Shown one piece after another: positions 10,960-25,172 of a stretch of 64,000 bases of DNA. Numbering within the stretch: position 1 is the first letter of the stretch; each line of letters opens with the position of its first letter. Source of the DNA: Hemiscyllium ocellatum (lineage: Eukaryota); NCBI RefSeq assembly GCF_020745735.1, contig NW_026867509.1:1302001-1366000 (forward strand), given 5' to 3'. The notes under the pieces are model-generated. The model worked only from the letters and a program-made list of their open reading frames with translations, did not search any database and was not told the DNA's origin. The position numbers were made by a program, and so were the translations under genes.

Positions 10960-11690
10960 GATAGAAAAAAGCACCACAACGTGATTCGGCCATCATATAT
11001 ATCTCTGATGTAAAGAGACTTGTGACCTGGCCTGCACAGCGTTCTACAACATTGAGGTCCATACAATCCCCCTCAGCTCATTTCTTAAACATGTCTCATT
11101 TACTCAAATGTTGTGCCTTCAGTTCCTCATCTTTCCTCCTATGAGAAAGTTCTCTCTAAAAATACTCGAACCTGGCCTCTCAATATTCTGTAAGTTTAAG
11201 GTAGATTCCATCTCATTCTTCTCATCTCCGTCGATTACATACCTAGATTCTTCAAACATTTGTTAGTGTGACAAGGCTCTTATCCCCGAGATCATTCTTG
11301 CACTCCACATTGGGACTTCTTCCAAGGCCTCCACATACTTCCTGCGATACAGAACTCAAAAGTGTTCACAATATTCCAAATACGGTCTGATCTGAGCATT
11401 ATACAGCGTCTGTACTACATCCCAGTTATTGTGTTCCAGCACTCTTCAAAGCAATGCAAACGTTAAATTCGTCTTCCTGACAACTGAAATTTCACGTTCC
11501 TTTGAGGAGAATTCTAAACTAGTGCACCGATGCCTGCTTGTGCTTCAGATGTCCAAAGCTTTTAGAATGCAGTGCATGCCTTTATTCTTCAAATCAAAGT
11601 GCAAAACCCCACATTTTCAACGTTATATTCCAGCTGCCATTTCTTTGTTCACTGTGCGATCCTGCTGGAATCGTCATGCTTCTTTCTTAG
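10960..11690 (-). mobile_element. CR1-type LINE fragment
   Basis: Reverse-strand RT C-terminal sequence similar to 1830-2960. Confidence 0.6.
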
Positions 11691-11700
11691 CTCGCCAGCA

Positions 11701-12017
11701 TTAGATTAGATTACCTACAGTATGGAAACAGGCCCTTCGGCCCAACAAGTCCACACTGATCCTTCGAAGAGTAACCCACCCAGACCCACTCCCCTACCTT
11801 ATACTCACCGCTGACACTATGGGCAATTTAGCATGGCCAATTCACCTGACCTGCACATCTTTGGATTATGGGAAGAAACCGGAACATCCGGAGGAAACCC
11901 ACCCTGACACAGGGAGAACGTACAAACTCCACACAGACAGTCGCCCAATGCTGGAATTGAACCCGGGTCCCTAACGTTGTGAGACAGCAGTGCTAACCAC
12001 TAAGCTACCGCTCCGCC
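11701..12017 (-). mobile_element. Shark tRNA-derived SINE (HE1/V-SINE-like), near full length
   Basis: Reverse complement of the element at 61238-61547; TTAGATTAGATT tail. Confidence 0.85.
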
Positions 12018-12269
12018 CCTTGATCCACGACCTATCTGTGTTGTATGCAAACTTTGCAACAAGTGCTGTCAGTTTCTTCATTCATATTATTAAAATATAA
12101 TGTGATTGTTTGTGGTCCACACATTAAACCACGAGACATCGTCTTTCATCCCGATAGCTACCCCTTTATCTCCTATCTTTGTTTTCTACGGGTCAGGCAA
12201 TCTGTCCATGGCAGTGACTTGCACCAACCCCCGTTAGTTTTCTTTTTTTTAAATTTGGGTTGTTTTTTA

Positions 12270-13240
12270 GTTCCTTGAGCTCCAGATTTGTTCTCAGACG
12301 TTTCGTCACCACGCTAGCTCACATCATCAGTGAGCCTCCGATGGTGTGCTGGTGTGCAGTCCCGCTTGCTATTTATGAGACTTGGTGCGTTGTGTTGAAT
12401 GGTATCACTTCCGGTTCGTTTTCTGTGAGGTTGATAAATGGGTGGAAATAGATACGTTTGCTAATGGACTTCCAGATTGAATCCCAGGCCTCTCGGAATT
12501 CCCGTGCATGTCATTGTTTAGTCTGTTCCAAGAAGGATACTTTTCACAGTCAAGCTGGTGATGCTCTTCGTCTGTGTGTTTGAATACTGATGATAGCTGG
12601 CCATGGCAGCAAGTTGGTGCTCATGGATCCTGGTGGCTAGTTGCCTGCTCGTCTATCCAATGTAATGTTTTGTGCAGACCTTGCAAGGTATTTGACAATG
12701 ACAATCATTCTGCTGCTTGTTGGTATAGGGTTTGTTAAATTCATTAGGAGCTGTGTCAGTGTGGTAGTAGATTTGTGAAATATTCTGATGCCTAGGGGCT
12801 GAGGTAATCTGGTCGTCATCTCCAAGATGTATGTAATGTATGGCAGTGTGGCTAGAGTCTCTGGGTGCGTTGTGTCTTCCTGTTTACGTCTGTTGTGTAC
12901 AAATTGATGGGCTGCACTTATTGGGTACTTTTACCTGAATACGTTGTGTAGGTGTTTTTCCTCGACTTCTTGGAGGTCCTGCGTGCTGCAGTGTGTTGTG
13001 GCTCTTTTAACTAATGTCCTGATGCAGCTACACTTTTGGATGTTTTCTGCTGCAGTTGAGTGTACGTTCAGTTGTGTGGTTTTCCTGTGAGCGCTGGTCT
13101 GCAGTTTTCGTTTGTCTTCTTGTTCTAATGTGACATCGAGGAAGTGGAAGCTTTTATTATTATCTTTCTCATTGGTGAACTTTACAATGGTAAGGATGTT
13201 GTGTATGTGTTGTAAGCGCCTTCTAAATCGGTTACGTCTA
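12270..13240 (-). mobile_element. Penelope-like element fragment (RT end, GIY-YIG region, terminal repeat)
   Basis: Minus-strand remnant VIVKYLARSAQNITLDRRAG resembles the PLE GIY-YIG region; terminal motif CTGATGA...GAAACGTC. Confidence 0.6.
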
Positions 13241-13439
13241 ATTCAAGCAACTCTCCCTCAATCTGCAAGATAATCTTTTTTTTCTGATAGTATAGTCACT
13301 ATCCAAAAAGATTGCCTTCAACTTAAAGTTTGCTATTCAGGCGTTATTGTGTACCGCCAAATCCAGAATTATCTGTAGAAAATGGGCTCTACCACAAGGG
13401 ACTCGTTGATATTCACGGATTTAGTTCCTTGGGTTTCGT

Positions 13440-14040
13440 GACCAATCTATCTTTCCCGCTCTGACTGCATACTGAAATCACTCATTGTTGTTGTAATTGT
13501 GCTTTTGTTACATGCCTTCTCCATTATCCAGATTTATTTTCTGCTCAGGAACGGCCTGTCCAATAACTCCATCAGGGGGTCTTTTCTTTTGTTGTTTCTC
13601 ATATCTACCCAAACACATTCAATACTTCCGAACCCACAATCAATTATAGTTCTTGATTTAAGTTAATTTCTTACAAAGAAGAAAATCCTGCTACTCTGCC
13701 CATTTGTCTGTCCTTCCAATATCTTTGGATCTTTCGTGCTCAGCACTGATCCCCTTGTAACCAAGTGTATGTGATGCCCATAACAGCCTACTCGCCAATT
13801 TCAACCCCTGTGTTACAAGCTCACTTAGATTATTTTGTATATTGTGTGCCCTACATCCTGCATTAAGCGCACCCTCTTAGCATTGTCCCCTTGTCTATTG
13901 TAGTTATATTCCTGATAGTTTTCACAATCTCTCTGCTCTATTGCAGTATATGGATACTTTGGTAATCTCTGCTGAGCCCATCCCCAGTTTTCGCTTTTGT
14001 TTTCGCCAATTATCTATGCAAACGAATCCATGCACGCTTT
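13440..14040 (-). mobile_element. CR1/L2-type LINE fragments
   Basis: Decayed reverse-strand ORF2-like sequence; boundaries approximate. Confidence 0.4.
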
Positions 14041-15580
14041 TTCACCATGCATTCATGCCAACTGCAGAGGAAACAGTATCCTCGACTGAATGTGCAGCTT
14101 TCTATAGTTTACTGCATACTTTACGCCCCCATTATTTCCAATGATATGTTGGAAAGTACCTGGACGTACTCTAAACGTGAAGGAGCTCGTGGCTTCGAGA
14201 CACGTAGCATCCATGCTCTATATCACAAGAAATGACAACCTCCTGGAAGGGAATTGCAAATTGAGTTTCAGTGTCTACAGACAAATTATGAATTGATTTC
14301 AAATTATAACCACGCATTGAGAATGCAACTATCATCTTTTGTGTGCCAAACGCTCATTGAAATCAGGAGGCGACCTATTCAGATCTATGCCTGTTTTGCA
14401 AGGTGTCAATTTTTATCATCTAATTGTGTACATCAATCCCTAAACTAATACAAATTATCAAAATATGACATCAAACTGTTTTGATTCTTATTGTTTGCAA
14501 ATTATTCTCGGCACCTTTTGAGAATAAATATTCACGAAGGAAGTCGTGGCCTCAAAGGCAACTTAATTTGTGTTAAGTACTTTTAATTTAAATGTTCAAG
14601 TTCCTTTGTTCATGTGTCTTTGTGCATAGTAATTTTAGTGTTTCTGATGAATAACAAACTCGATATGTGCGTGGGAATGGGTGACAATATTTGTTCACGG
14701 TGGTTAATTTCCTTGTCTGCCTGTCTTAGTCCAAGTGTATTATTTTCTTTTCTCAAAAAAAATGTTATGCTAGGTATCTGCTAAACACATAGGCGTTTCC
14801 ATAACGTTTGTCCAAGATTCTTCCTCTGAAGTAATGCAAAACATTTTCTTCATTCGCTCATGAGATGAGGTTATTGATGACTCGAACAGCATTTATTATC
14901 GATGTGTAATTCCTTTTGTATCAATGTTCATGAAGCATAATTCAACGTTGTCTGCATCTGAATGTTAGTGTTGAGCATGTGTGGTTTTATATGTGTTTGC
15001 CTCCTTGTGCATTTTCGTATTTTTAAGGCACGATGCTTTGGTTTTTTTTTAGTGTAGGTTACATCGAAGGCATGACCCTTTGCTCCCCCACCCCTCCTCC
15101 GCCAAACCTTTCTGGTGAAATATGTGAAGGGGAATTCCAGTCGAACGGAAGATAACTGCATTCTTCTAGTTCCTACTAATCCATGTTTTCTCCAGGCAAT
15201 TATCTGAATTTTGTTTATGGAGCCAAGACTGGAAACATTGACGTGAAACACTCCCTCACTTTTTCCAATTTTTTACAAAGTTTCCGCTCCTCTATCTATT
15301 TCCAATCTGCTTTTCCATTGAATTGTTATCTGCCTGTTATATTTGTGCTGCTGCTTTTACTTTCAGAGATGATTAGCAGACTCCTTGTCAGAACTCTTGA
15401 CAATCAGAGAGATTATACAGTGGGACAAAACTGCAGGTGACCAGATCCTAACCTGAAGCTCAATTCAATATTTGGTGTCTGCACCTGGGATTATACAGCT
15501 GGAAGCGAACCATTACATCAGGAAGTGTCGTTCAACCCATAGGAGACTCTTCTAGTGCAAACTGTCAGTCGGCAGCAGCC

Positions 15581-15967
15581 ACGCGGATATTCCGCACCTG
15601 ACTTCTGTTCACAATTCTCATTGTCGGTAAGAAATAGTCCAATTTTTTCATGCTCAAAATAAAAGTGCATAATTATTCGAGTGAAGTTTTCATTACAGTA
15701 TTTTCTTCCTTCTGAACATGTTACAAAACGGGGTGACGGAAATTACATAAATCAGTCTCAGCCTTCTGAGAGTAGGAGACAGCGTGAAGCAATGACTCTG
15801 AGATGCACATCCAGTACAACAGAAAACATCTATTATCTGTATTGGTACCGGCAATAACTAGATAAGGAGCTTCTCTGCAGAACTCCGAACCAGAATAAAA
15901 CTCACCAGTTTAACCATTTTGGGGCGGCAGCTGATGACACTGCCATATATTTCTGTGCTTTCAACCT
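15581..15967 (+). pseudogene. TCR V-alpha/delta pseudogene with leader remnant
   Basis: Leader 15581-15626 (starts ACG, internal TGA, donor GTAAGA). V reads GNYINQSQPSESRRQREAMTLRCTSSTTENIYYLYWYRQ*...ADDTAIYFCAFN with an internal deletion. RSS degenerate (CAAAGTA-24-GCAAAAATT). Confidence 0.8.
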
Positions 15968-16089
15968 CAAAGTAATAGAAAAGAAATCTGAACTGTACGC
16001 AAAAATTACTGAAAACTTTCTGTGGTTCTCCCTCTTATGGATGTGTGGTTTGTTCAGACTCACAAAAAAAACTTCCACTACAAAGTGAA

Positions 16090-17180
16090 GCACAGCGTTT
16101 AGCGGTCAATGGCAGGGCTATCATGAAATCAAAGTATCCTGGAATAAAACTGTCACAAATATTTTTGCAGAAGAGCCTGATAAATCTAGGAGCCAATAGA
16201 GACATTACCGATTCTATCATACTGTTAAACTTCCCGTCCAGTCTGCATCAGCACATTTTATATTTCCACTTACCACCATAACTTCAAGAAAACAAAACCG
16301 TTGAATCATCTATTTCAGAATTGGGTTCTCAGCCCATCAGGAGTATACCCGAAAAAATACGCTAATTCTATACTTTGCAGCACAAAACCCAACGCTCCTC
16401 CAAGTTATGTTTGGATAATTTTGAATTTACCTATCTCAACTCAAGCAACCACTCTCTGGGTGATTTCTTTTTATCCGAATTCCCCTCTGAACCTCCTGCC
16501 TTTCATTTTAAAATGATGCCTCATTCTTACTCATCGTCCAACTGAGGGGAATAGCTCCTTTATATCCATCCTATTCATACTGGTATACCAACTCTGGTCT
16601 ACCTTAACTGCGATCATATTACTCCTAAAGAGACGTGAAATACCCACAACACTCCAGCTGTGACCGAAGCAAAGTCCTGCACAGCTTCAATATAACCTCA
16701 CTGCTGTTGTAATATGCTTCGAATCATAAAGGCAAGAATCCCCTTTGCCTTCTAAACTGCTTGAAGAAACTTCCATGTTGCCTTTAGCGATCTGTCGACA
16801 AACACCCCAAGATTCCTCGTTCCTCTGAGTTTCCAAGTTTCCTAACACGCATTTAATATTTCCTTGTCTTTTTTTTTGCTTCTTTCGAAATGCATCCTTT
16901 CACAATTATTTTGGTAAAATTCCATCTGCTACTGATCTGCCACATGATCAATCTGTTTATATCCGCCTTTAAACTGTGACCTTCATGCTTGCTGTCAACC
17001 ATCCAGCCAAGTTTTCAATCATTGTAAACTTAGCTACCAATTCCCTCACCCCAACCCCCGGCACGTTCTCATCTATATAGATTGTACATGCAACAAGCAA
17101 TAAGGAACACAAAGCTGAAGCCTGTGTTGGAAAATTGGATAGTGGCCGTCATCACACAAACGACCTTCTACCATCACGTG
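16090..17180 (-). mobile_element. CR1-type LINE fragment
   Basis: Decayed reverse-strand RT sequence; boundaries approximate. Confidence 0.5.
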
Positions 17181-18279
17181 TATTTTGAATGTGTAAGTGC
17201 TATAATTAATTAGAATGATCAACGTGTTCCATGATCACTTACTCATGCAATGTCTTCTCATTCTCGTTTAACTGGAGTCCATCAGACATCCATTCCCACA
17301 CACAATCTTTAACGCCCCGAGCAGCTTACATGTGACTCAAGCAAACATTTAGTGAAAGGGTATACTGTAATCGTGCTTTTGAGGGGCAAATAGCTGCCTG
17401 CATTAACTTAATGAGTATACCTACTTTTGCAACAGCTCCTTAATTCTAAGGGATTGGGTAGAACACATTTAGCTGTGTGTTTCATTGTTTATCCTTACTA
17501 ATGTATGATTCTGGAGGTATAACATTGGGTTTAACCATTGTCTAATTCACTAATATATATGCAAACAAATGATGTAGGAGCAGAATGAGACCATACTGCT
17601 CCTCCACTCAATAAAATCACGACTGATCTCTTTGTCTTCGAATGTCATTCACGTTTCAATTCCCAGCAGATGGAAATTCTGGACTGATTATGTTGGAAAT
17701 AAATGGGGATTTTACCTGATGGATGGATTGAAGAAGAAAGGAGATCTCAGGGGTTTGTAAGACACATGTTGACATTTAACAATCGGTCAATCGCCAGAAA
17801 GTCTTTCAGAAATGTTTTGCATGTTCTGCTTCTGAATGAAAATGATGTCACCTTGAACGCGTTCTGCTCAATCCAATGTGAACTCTCTGTTGATATGCCA
17901 CCTGCTGCTTTGAATGTATTCTTTATGGCTGCAGATACTTTGATTGATACATTACAAGTTTCATATCTTTAAAGGAAATTACTTTAATCAGCTCAACCAC
18001 TCAAAAGAAGTGGATCAAAAAACAGAATCCCATTTTGGGAAAACATACGAAATCCAGTTGGCTGAACAGGGCAGTGGGTTTAAGTAAATTGCATGCACTC
18101 AGATTCAAAATGTTTCAATTCTGAACGTAACTGCATGCAATAATAACCCTACCATCATTGGTGTGCTCGCTAATGCCTCATTAAATCTGATGACTAGTAT
18201 GAATTCAGAGATCCAGCAGTACTTGTGGAGAAAGCATACACCTTCCTTCTCACACTGTCAAATTCATTCTCAATCTCTC

Positions 18280-18500
18280 ACACATACTAAGGTGCACTGT
18301 ATCTCTATCATATTCTCTTCGTCATATTTACTCCCAGAAAAGCTCTGACTCACTCACAAGGAAATACACACTCTCTTTATCTCACAAACACAAATTCTCT
18401 TTGATTCACACTCACTCACACACTTTAATATTAATTCTCAGACAAGCTCTCAGGTTCACATATATTCTCTCACAATCACGCTGTCAAATTCTCACACAGT
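18280..18500. repeat. CA/CT-rich low-complexity tract
   Basis: Degenerate (CA)/(CT) runs. Confidence 0.5.
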
Positions 18501-19299
18501 CAAACTCGCTCTCGATGAGCATCACAATGATAGTGTTGGAGAACTAGAGGCAGAAATGTTCCAAACTGCTACTCCCACGCTCTGGAAGAGCAACCTTCAT
18601 ATTGCCACTTTGCTAATATGTGTCAAATTGTCAAAACTATTTGTAAGTGACTTGTGGATTGCCCAGATTTGAAGAGGGTGATTCTGCAGTGAAACAAATT
18701 ACTCGATGAGGAGCTTGAGGAGATTTAATCTCATTTCAAAGGGGATTTGGGTGTTTTCGAAATGTGAATATATGGAAAGTTTCTGGAAGGTTCGGAGTGT
18801 GCGATTAAAAAAATCATTCCGTTCAGAGAAAGCAGTGCTCCTGGAGACTGAAAGGCCTCCTTCTGTGGCTGGCAGATGCCGATGCGTCGGGGAATATTAA
18901 GGACTATTGCAGCAGAAGTCAATCGTTCAGTTTTTGCATCCCTAGCTTTACAACTGATGTAAAAAAGAACAGAAGCTGCAATAAAGGCCGAGTTCACTGC
19001 AAAACACCAGTGTTTGTAGTATCTTGATAACCGCTAACATTGCATCACTGTGTGACAATGGGCATCAAATTCCAAAAGCAAAACGTTGGATAGATGTCTA
19101 TAATTGTCTCTCTGTTGTGTGTATCTCTGCTTGTTCATCAATGGTTGTGCATCTGGAAGTTTCTGTCTCTTTCAAATATCCGTGTATAAGTGTCTACATC
19201 GGTGTTGTCTGCATATTCATTTCTGTCTGCAATGAAATATAACCCTTCTGGGGATTCAATGAAACAAAATGATTAAATAAAAGCTACTCTTTCCCCGTG

Positions 19300-20190
19300 T
19301 TTCTCTTCTATTCAAAGTGGTGCAATGTTACCGTCCGCTGATGGCTTGGTGTCACTGCACTATCATTCGCGATTTAGCCAGGGAGAAGATGGAAACACGC
19401 ATCACTATCCAAACTGACAGTCGTATCAACTCAAATGCAGGATCTGTGAGAGTCGCTCACCGAGGGACAAGAAACTGCTTAGTTTAATTGTTCTTGTTCA
19501 TATCCAGTTGTTTTTCAACAGATATATTCGGAGAAATGTGGAGGTCATGGAGAAAAATGTTCACAAACCTTAGAGTGTCATGTTTACTTGAATTTCTGGA
19601 ATAACATTATCCGTACCCACAGTATTAGTTGAGTTCCTTATTGTGGTCTAATGTTGGCCACTGGTTGTCTGGAAGTTTCTTGTCCATGGATAACTTTGTG
19701 AGTGATTGCTGTGGAAATCCTGATACCAGTCCAACAACCCTTTGCTTCCTTTCGAACAAGATAAAATAATTCAACGTAAAGAGCACTCATTTTGGACTGG
19801 AGACGGTCCATCTGTTTGTCTGACATGCTTCCGTTGAAATTCTAACGTTTATCGCCATCATGTGGATTGTATAGTGGGTACCAAAAATAATCGAACTGTC
19901 CTTATTATTGAAGGCACAGATCTAAAGCTTCCTCCAGTTTAATGGGTTTTCTTCTGGGTCATGTTGAAGGAAAACGACAAGGAGAGTTTACGAATTTCGG
20001 ACAAATAGAGACAGGAAAGAAAGGTAAGACGAATGCACGGCGGAATGGAAGGGGGAAAGGAAGGGATTGAAGCTACAAATATCGGTCCTGAAAACGGTAG
20101 CTGAAATAATGGGCATGAAAGCGTATAGTTGTGTGGCATCTTAACGAAACACTCAGAACATCCAATGTTTGATCTATTTTTTTCATCTAT
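19300..20190 (+). mobile_element. Penelope-like element remnant
   Basis: Fragments resembling the PLE RT thumb/linker (YP..F.NRYI); heavily decayed. Confidence 0.4.
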
Positions 20191-20331
20191 TTTCTGCTAT
20201 CATAAGCTTTCACAGGTTGGGAATTGACCTAACAATTGAGTACAAGGACATGAGCATGTACATTCTAATTGAAACCACAGAGTTAGAACACAAATAACGT
20301 GGATGGGTTCTCATTGCTTTTGGTGCTGTTT

Positions 20332-21233
20332 TCATCGTTTAATAAAACTGTTGAAGAACGTGTAAGGAGAGAGCAGCAGCTTCATAAGCTCCTGTCGGAA
20401 CTTTGTCTGGGTCACTGCATAGATGAATACATTATTACAAGAACTGAATAACTGAAGCAGGTTGGTCATTTCTTGAAGGATGAATTGTGGATCATTAAAA
20501 TCCAGTCCGCCAAAATAACCCTCTCCTGTAAACTGCACGAAGAGGAATCGTCCAACGTAGGTGGCCCAGAGAAGTAGAAAGCTGAGGGAAATTGTGAAGA
20601 GCAATACAATGGACTTGTTGCGGTTGGCCAACTCAGCATCATTGGAATTCTCAGAACCTCGAAGTCTTTTCCGTGCTCTGCTGGCTGCTATGATGTGTCT
20701 AACAGTCAGGGCGTTGAACAGGAGAATAAGGAGAAAAGGGAGGAAGGGGGTCAGAATGTGGTCCATCCATTGATAACACTGCCAGGCAGGCAAGGTATAA
20801 AAACTGGACTTTAAGTCACAGAACCAGGGCTTCCCGTCCAGAATGTATAAGGGCTGGTAGACAAAGAAGAAAGGGGTGTTCTTGATACAGCTCAGTAGAC
20901 AGACAATTCCTATGATGACTGACGCAATTTTCTCAGTGCAGCATCTGGTCTTCAGGCTCTGGCAGCAGATGGCAACAAAACGGTCGAGGGTGAATGCAAC
21001 AGTCAACCAAACGGAGCTATCCCGGCTGATATAGACCAAAACAGTGCTGATTCTGCACACAGGGGTAGTTGATAGAAGGCTGTACCTAAAGTAAATGCTA
21101 CCAATCCGATTGATTATGACAGCGCCAATGATGACAATGAAATCGGTTACTGCAATTGACAGTAAGTAGTAGGTGATACCACGAGACAGGCCGCACCGTG
21201 TTTGGAAAAGGATCACTATCGTTGCCAAATTAG
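20332..21233 (-). CDS. GPR139-like class A GPCR, exon 2 (intact; 323 aa with exon 1)
   Basis: Acceptor TTACAG ending at 21234; ANLATIVILFQTRCGLSRGITYYLLSIAVTD...FTLDRFVAICC...NNVFIYAVTQTKFRQEL; seven hydrophobic segments; stop at 20332-20334. Confidence 0.9.
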
Positions 21234-22661
21234 CTGTAAGACATCAAAAATGCGAAATAGCTTCGAGTAAAATTTAAACACAAGCTACTTTCACAGTCAA
21301 TCTTTTGCAGAAACTTTCAGACTTCTCCCCTAGATACCTCCAGACTTGTAATATTGTAAAGCAAATCACATTTGTTCATCATTCAAATGTGGGTTAAATA
21401 CTGGACATGACAAAAGTCATTTCAATTTGTCGCTACCACTAACAATGCATGACAGTCACTCAATCAGTCCGTGTAGCTGGCTTTCCAGGTAAACCTGAAT
21501 GGATACATTTGCAAAACCGTGTACTTATTGTATCAAATCCATCCATCAACGTCTATTCATGCTGACCTATATTGGCTTGAATTCCAGTAATATCGCCGTA
21601 AGATAATCCTACTCTTCAAACTAAAAAAAAACACATACCATATTCATCCGCATCCCATTCACAACCAAAACCATCTGAGATCGCACAATGCCTACTTTCT
21701 GGCCTTGGGTGTCTCCAGCACATTTATCATTTCACTCGTGTCCAGGCCCAAACTTCTAATTCAGTCCCCAGGTAAAAGCCTATCTTTTTTGATCTTCAGC
21801 CAATTCTTTAAAACTCCCACATCTTTCAAACTGATGATCATATTCCCCCTTATGTAAAGGTTTGCATGAAACCAAATGCACCTCTGAAGGAACAAGTGAA
21901 ACTACATTCCAAAGTGAAAGCTAAACGTCACTGTTGCAGTTCCCAACAACAGCTATTCCCACGTAATTGTTAAACATAAAAACATATAAGCATACAAAAA
22001 TTTATCATAAGAAGACAATTGCTTAGTATGGTGAATCTTGGATCACCATTCAGACCTTTCAAATGTTGCTATTAAAAATGCCTAAAACCACGTTCACAAC
22101 TGGAATTTCACATCGTGGCTTCGTTTAACTGTGAATAGATGCCGTGCTGTACACTCGTATAATCACTTAAATCTTTTCGTTTTATATGATGTAATGATGG
22201 CACTCTAACTATTCATTTTCTGGACCAAAAATAAAAATAGCAAATTATGTCCTCCACTGTAATACACCATTAGTCCCGCACATATGAAAACACAATATTT
22301 GACTTTGCTACATTAGGATAGGATATAATGATCAACAACTTACAGACTGATTCAAAGTTAGACATTACCAATTGTTCCCCAGAAATTATTAAGCGGTATT
22401 TATATAGGGATGCATCACAATAATTTGAGTATCATTCGCTAATGCCCAGAACACAAGTGCAATGAAGTAATGTCTTCAATACTAGACATAACACCCCAAA
22501 ATATCATGTAATGCAACTAATAAATTAGGACGTGATTGAACCCCTATTACACAGAAATCACAGAATGTTAAATACCTTCAGTACAAATCTGAATGGAAAG
22601 AGACAATACTTCTGGAGAGATATATAAAAAGAAAACCGGGTGCATCGGAGCCATTACTAAC

Positions 22662-22731
22662 CAGGGGCACCAATTGCAGCGAGAATAGGATAACATATGG
22701 CAAAGATAGGGCCATTCGCTGGTCCGTGCAT
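22662..22731 (-). CDS. GPR139-like GPCR, exon 1
   Basis: MHGPANGPIFAICYPILAAIGAP plus G, donor GTTAGT; phase 1 matches exon 2; homologous to exon 47230-47299. Confidence 0.85.
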
Positions 22732-23400
22732 TGTCCTTCGTACACTAAAGGAATTGCAGCAATTGTGCAGCCTTACTCTTTGAAACGACTATGCGTTCCC
22801 TCATTTATTTCGAATGACAGAGTCCACAGGGACAATGAAGTCACAAACTGCACGTTTGGTTATATTTAGATCAACGAAAAGGTCGGACTTTCGGTTTCTT
22901 CCTTTGCGTTGACAAATTTGGCAAAGAGGATATTCCCATTTCCCTTGCAAATTCTGTGGTCCTGTTCTCCCCATGAGCGTTTCCTGTTTTTCTTTTATTA
23001 TCGATCAAGTGCAGTCAGTGATGGCCCAGATCCTGAACTCGGGTTCAGTATTTTATGGAAACCAAAGTGTTTGCTTCTCTTGAATGCCTTCAGCGGTTCC
23101 ATGCACCTTTAGTATTAGAATAATTTATATGTATGTGTTGATTGGGAAGCAGTTTAGTCTTTAAATTATAGATCCATGTAATATTTTTAAGGATTAAACT
23201 CTGAATAATTTGAAACCGTTGTTAGGTAACAAGGGAGAGAACCTGAGAAGAAGACATTCACATGCAAATTCTGGTGATGTTGTATTCTGACGAACACATC
23301 GTTTGACCTGGTGAACAAGAATGGAGGAAAGTGTTTCCAACTGCTTGAGTTCCGCGCCCCGTGCAATATCGTGAGGAAGACTTTCAGCTGTGGCAAAACT

Positions 23401-23657
23401 GGATCATGGTTTAGAAATGCAGTGTCAAATGCACTATCAATAGGGACATAATCAATCCTCTGTCCAGCGTTAAATATCCCAGAGTCAGAAAGTAATACAG
23501 TACCCCTCAATCCAACTCGTCCACGTCAACGATAATCCCCAGTTAACCTCTCCCACATGCTTTGGCTAGCAACACATCCCTCCAAACGTTTCTTATTCCT
23601 GCACGTAAAGAAATGCATTTTAAGTGTTGTAAATATACCTGCATCCGTCACTTCCTC
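23401..23657 (+). repeat. 257-bp segment duplicated at 25205-25461
   Basis: Near-identical sequence GGATCATGGTTTAGAAATGC...CACTTCCTC at both places. Confidence 0.9.
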
Positions 23658-24110
23658 CAGCAGTTCTTTTCATATATGGACCACTCTTAATTTCAAACGG
23701 TTGACCCTCATTTCGTTTTTGAAATGTATTCCTCTCCCCCTAAAATTATATCCCTACTTTTGGAATCGCCCATCCGATAGAATAAAAGCCTTGCTATGCC
23801 CCTCGTTATTTTACAAAAGAAACCTCTACAATGTCAACCCTCAAACTCCTTCGCTAAATTAATGGACGTCCGAGCTGTCCAGCTTACTTGTTTAACTCAA
23901 CTCACATCCTTTACCGGTATTATTGACAAGCTCGCCGTTTTCAGAACCTTCAACAATTTAAGAATATCCTACCGACAACAGGGCAACTAAAACTGCACAT
24001 TGTTCTCCAGAAGAGGCATCAACATTCTGTATGACCTCAACAAGCCATCCCGACTATTACATCCAAAGTTCCCAACAATTAGCATGCGAAAAAGCTTCTG
24101 AAGCAGTCAA
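23520..24110 (-). mobile_element. CR1-type LINE 3' fragment
   Basis: Reverse-strand RT C-terminal sequence; boundaries approximate. Confidence 0.5.
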
Positions 24111-25172
24111 TCACAACAAATGATTGAATGGGGACAGCGACAGGATTAAAGTACCCGAGTATAGAATTAAAAATGAAACTTGACATTTCAGCAACAATTA
24201 AGTCAGTTTCCTAAAACATCAACGATGAATTGGTCAGATGCAGTAATCAAATGCAGACTCTGAGAATATAATTGTTTCTTGATGCAACCGCAACTTAAGA
24301 TGAATTTAAAGAAATCCATGAATGAAGGTTCTCATGTCCGGTTAATCTTTGTTGGGAACGGTACTTCTTTGTCCCAAGTTCAAAATCTGCAAAATAATTA
24401 ATGAAATCGTCTGTCAGATCCAAATGTTTTGTTTGCTTTGACTTACTCTGCTACAAGTCCTCATCTTCTAATGATCTGTTCTATTGATTAGACAGAAAGC
24501 AAAAGCCAATGAGAGAGGACCTATAGTTAGCTAGAAGCAACTCGCAAAATTAAGCTGAATTATTCTGATCATATCTGGGGCTGTCATCAAAAGAAAGTGA
24601 TCATCGAACCCGATGGATTGTTACAAAAAAGCAAACAGGTTATCAAAGACCATCTCCAACAGTGACTTGTCATCTGATCTGAAATGACACCAGGCTCTGC
24701 CTTCTGTCGGAGGGGTGTGAGTGAGAGGTGAACATCTCAATTTGATCCAAGTAAGGACAAAATCTCTTCCTCCTTCAAATTCTACCATCTTGAAGGACGA
24801 TAGAAACAAATTTCCTTCAGTTCCAAACTGCAGTCCAATATGTCAAACGTCCTGAGGCAGTGACTAAAGAGAAATGTTCTCCAATTAAATGTCAAGAAGA
24901 CTTAACTATTGTCTTTAGCCCCTTCATAGTCTGAATATGCTTTCCATTGACTGCATTGTTCTACCTGGATCTGGTTGGCGCTTGTTAAACTAGTTAAAAT
25001 CTAATTTCAAAGCAAAATTCTGTGGATCCTGGAAAGTGAAACGAACAGAGAAATTGATGTAGAACGTCAACAGAAACAAAATAAAAAGACTGAAATTGCT
25101 CGAAACGCTCAGCGGAACTGTCAGCAATCTGTGGAGGGAAATCAGTGTTAACTTGTCAGATGGTACTATTCA

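Noticed and set aside
18700-18960. V FR3-like stretch (VSGRFGV...DYC)
   Set aside because: Motif spacing is wrong and there is no FR1/FR2 or RSS.
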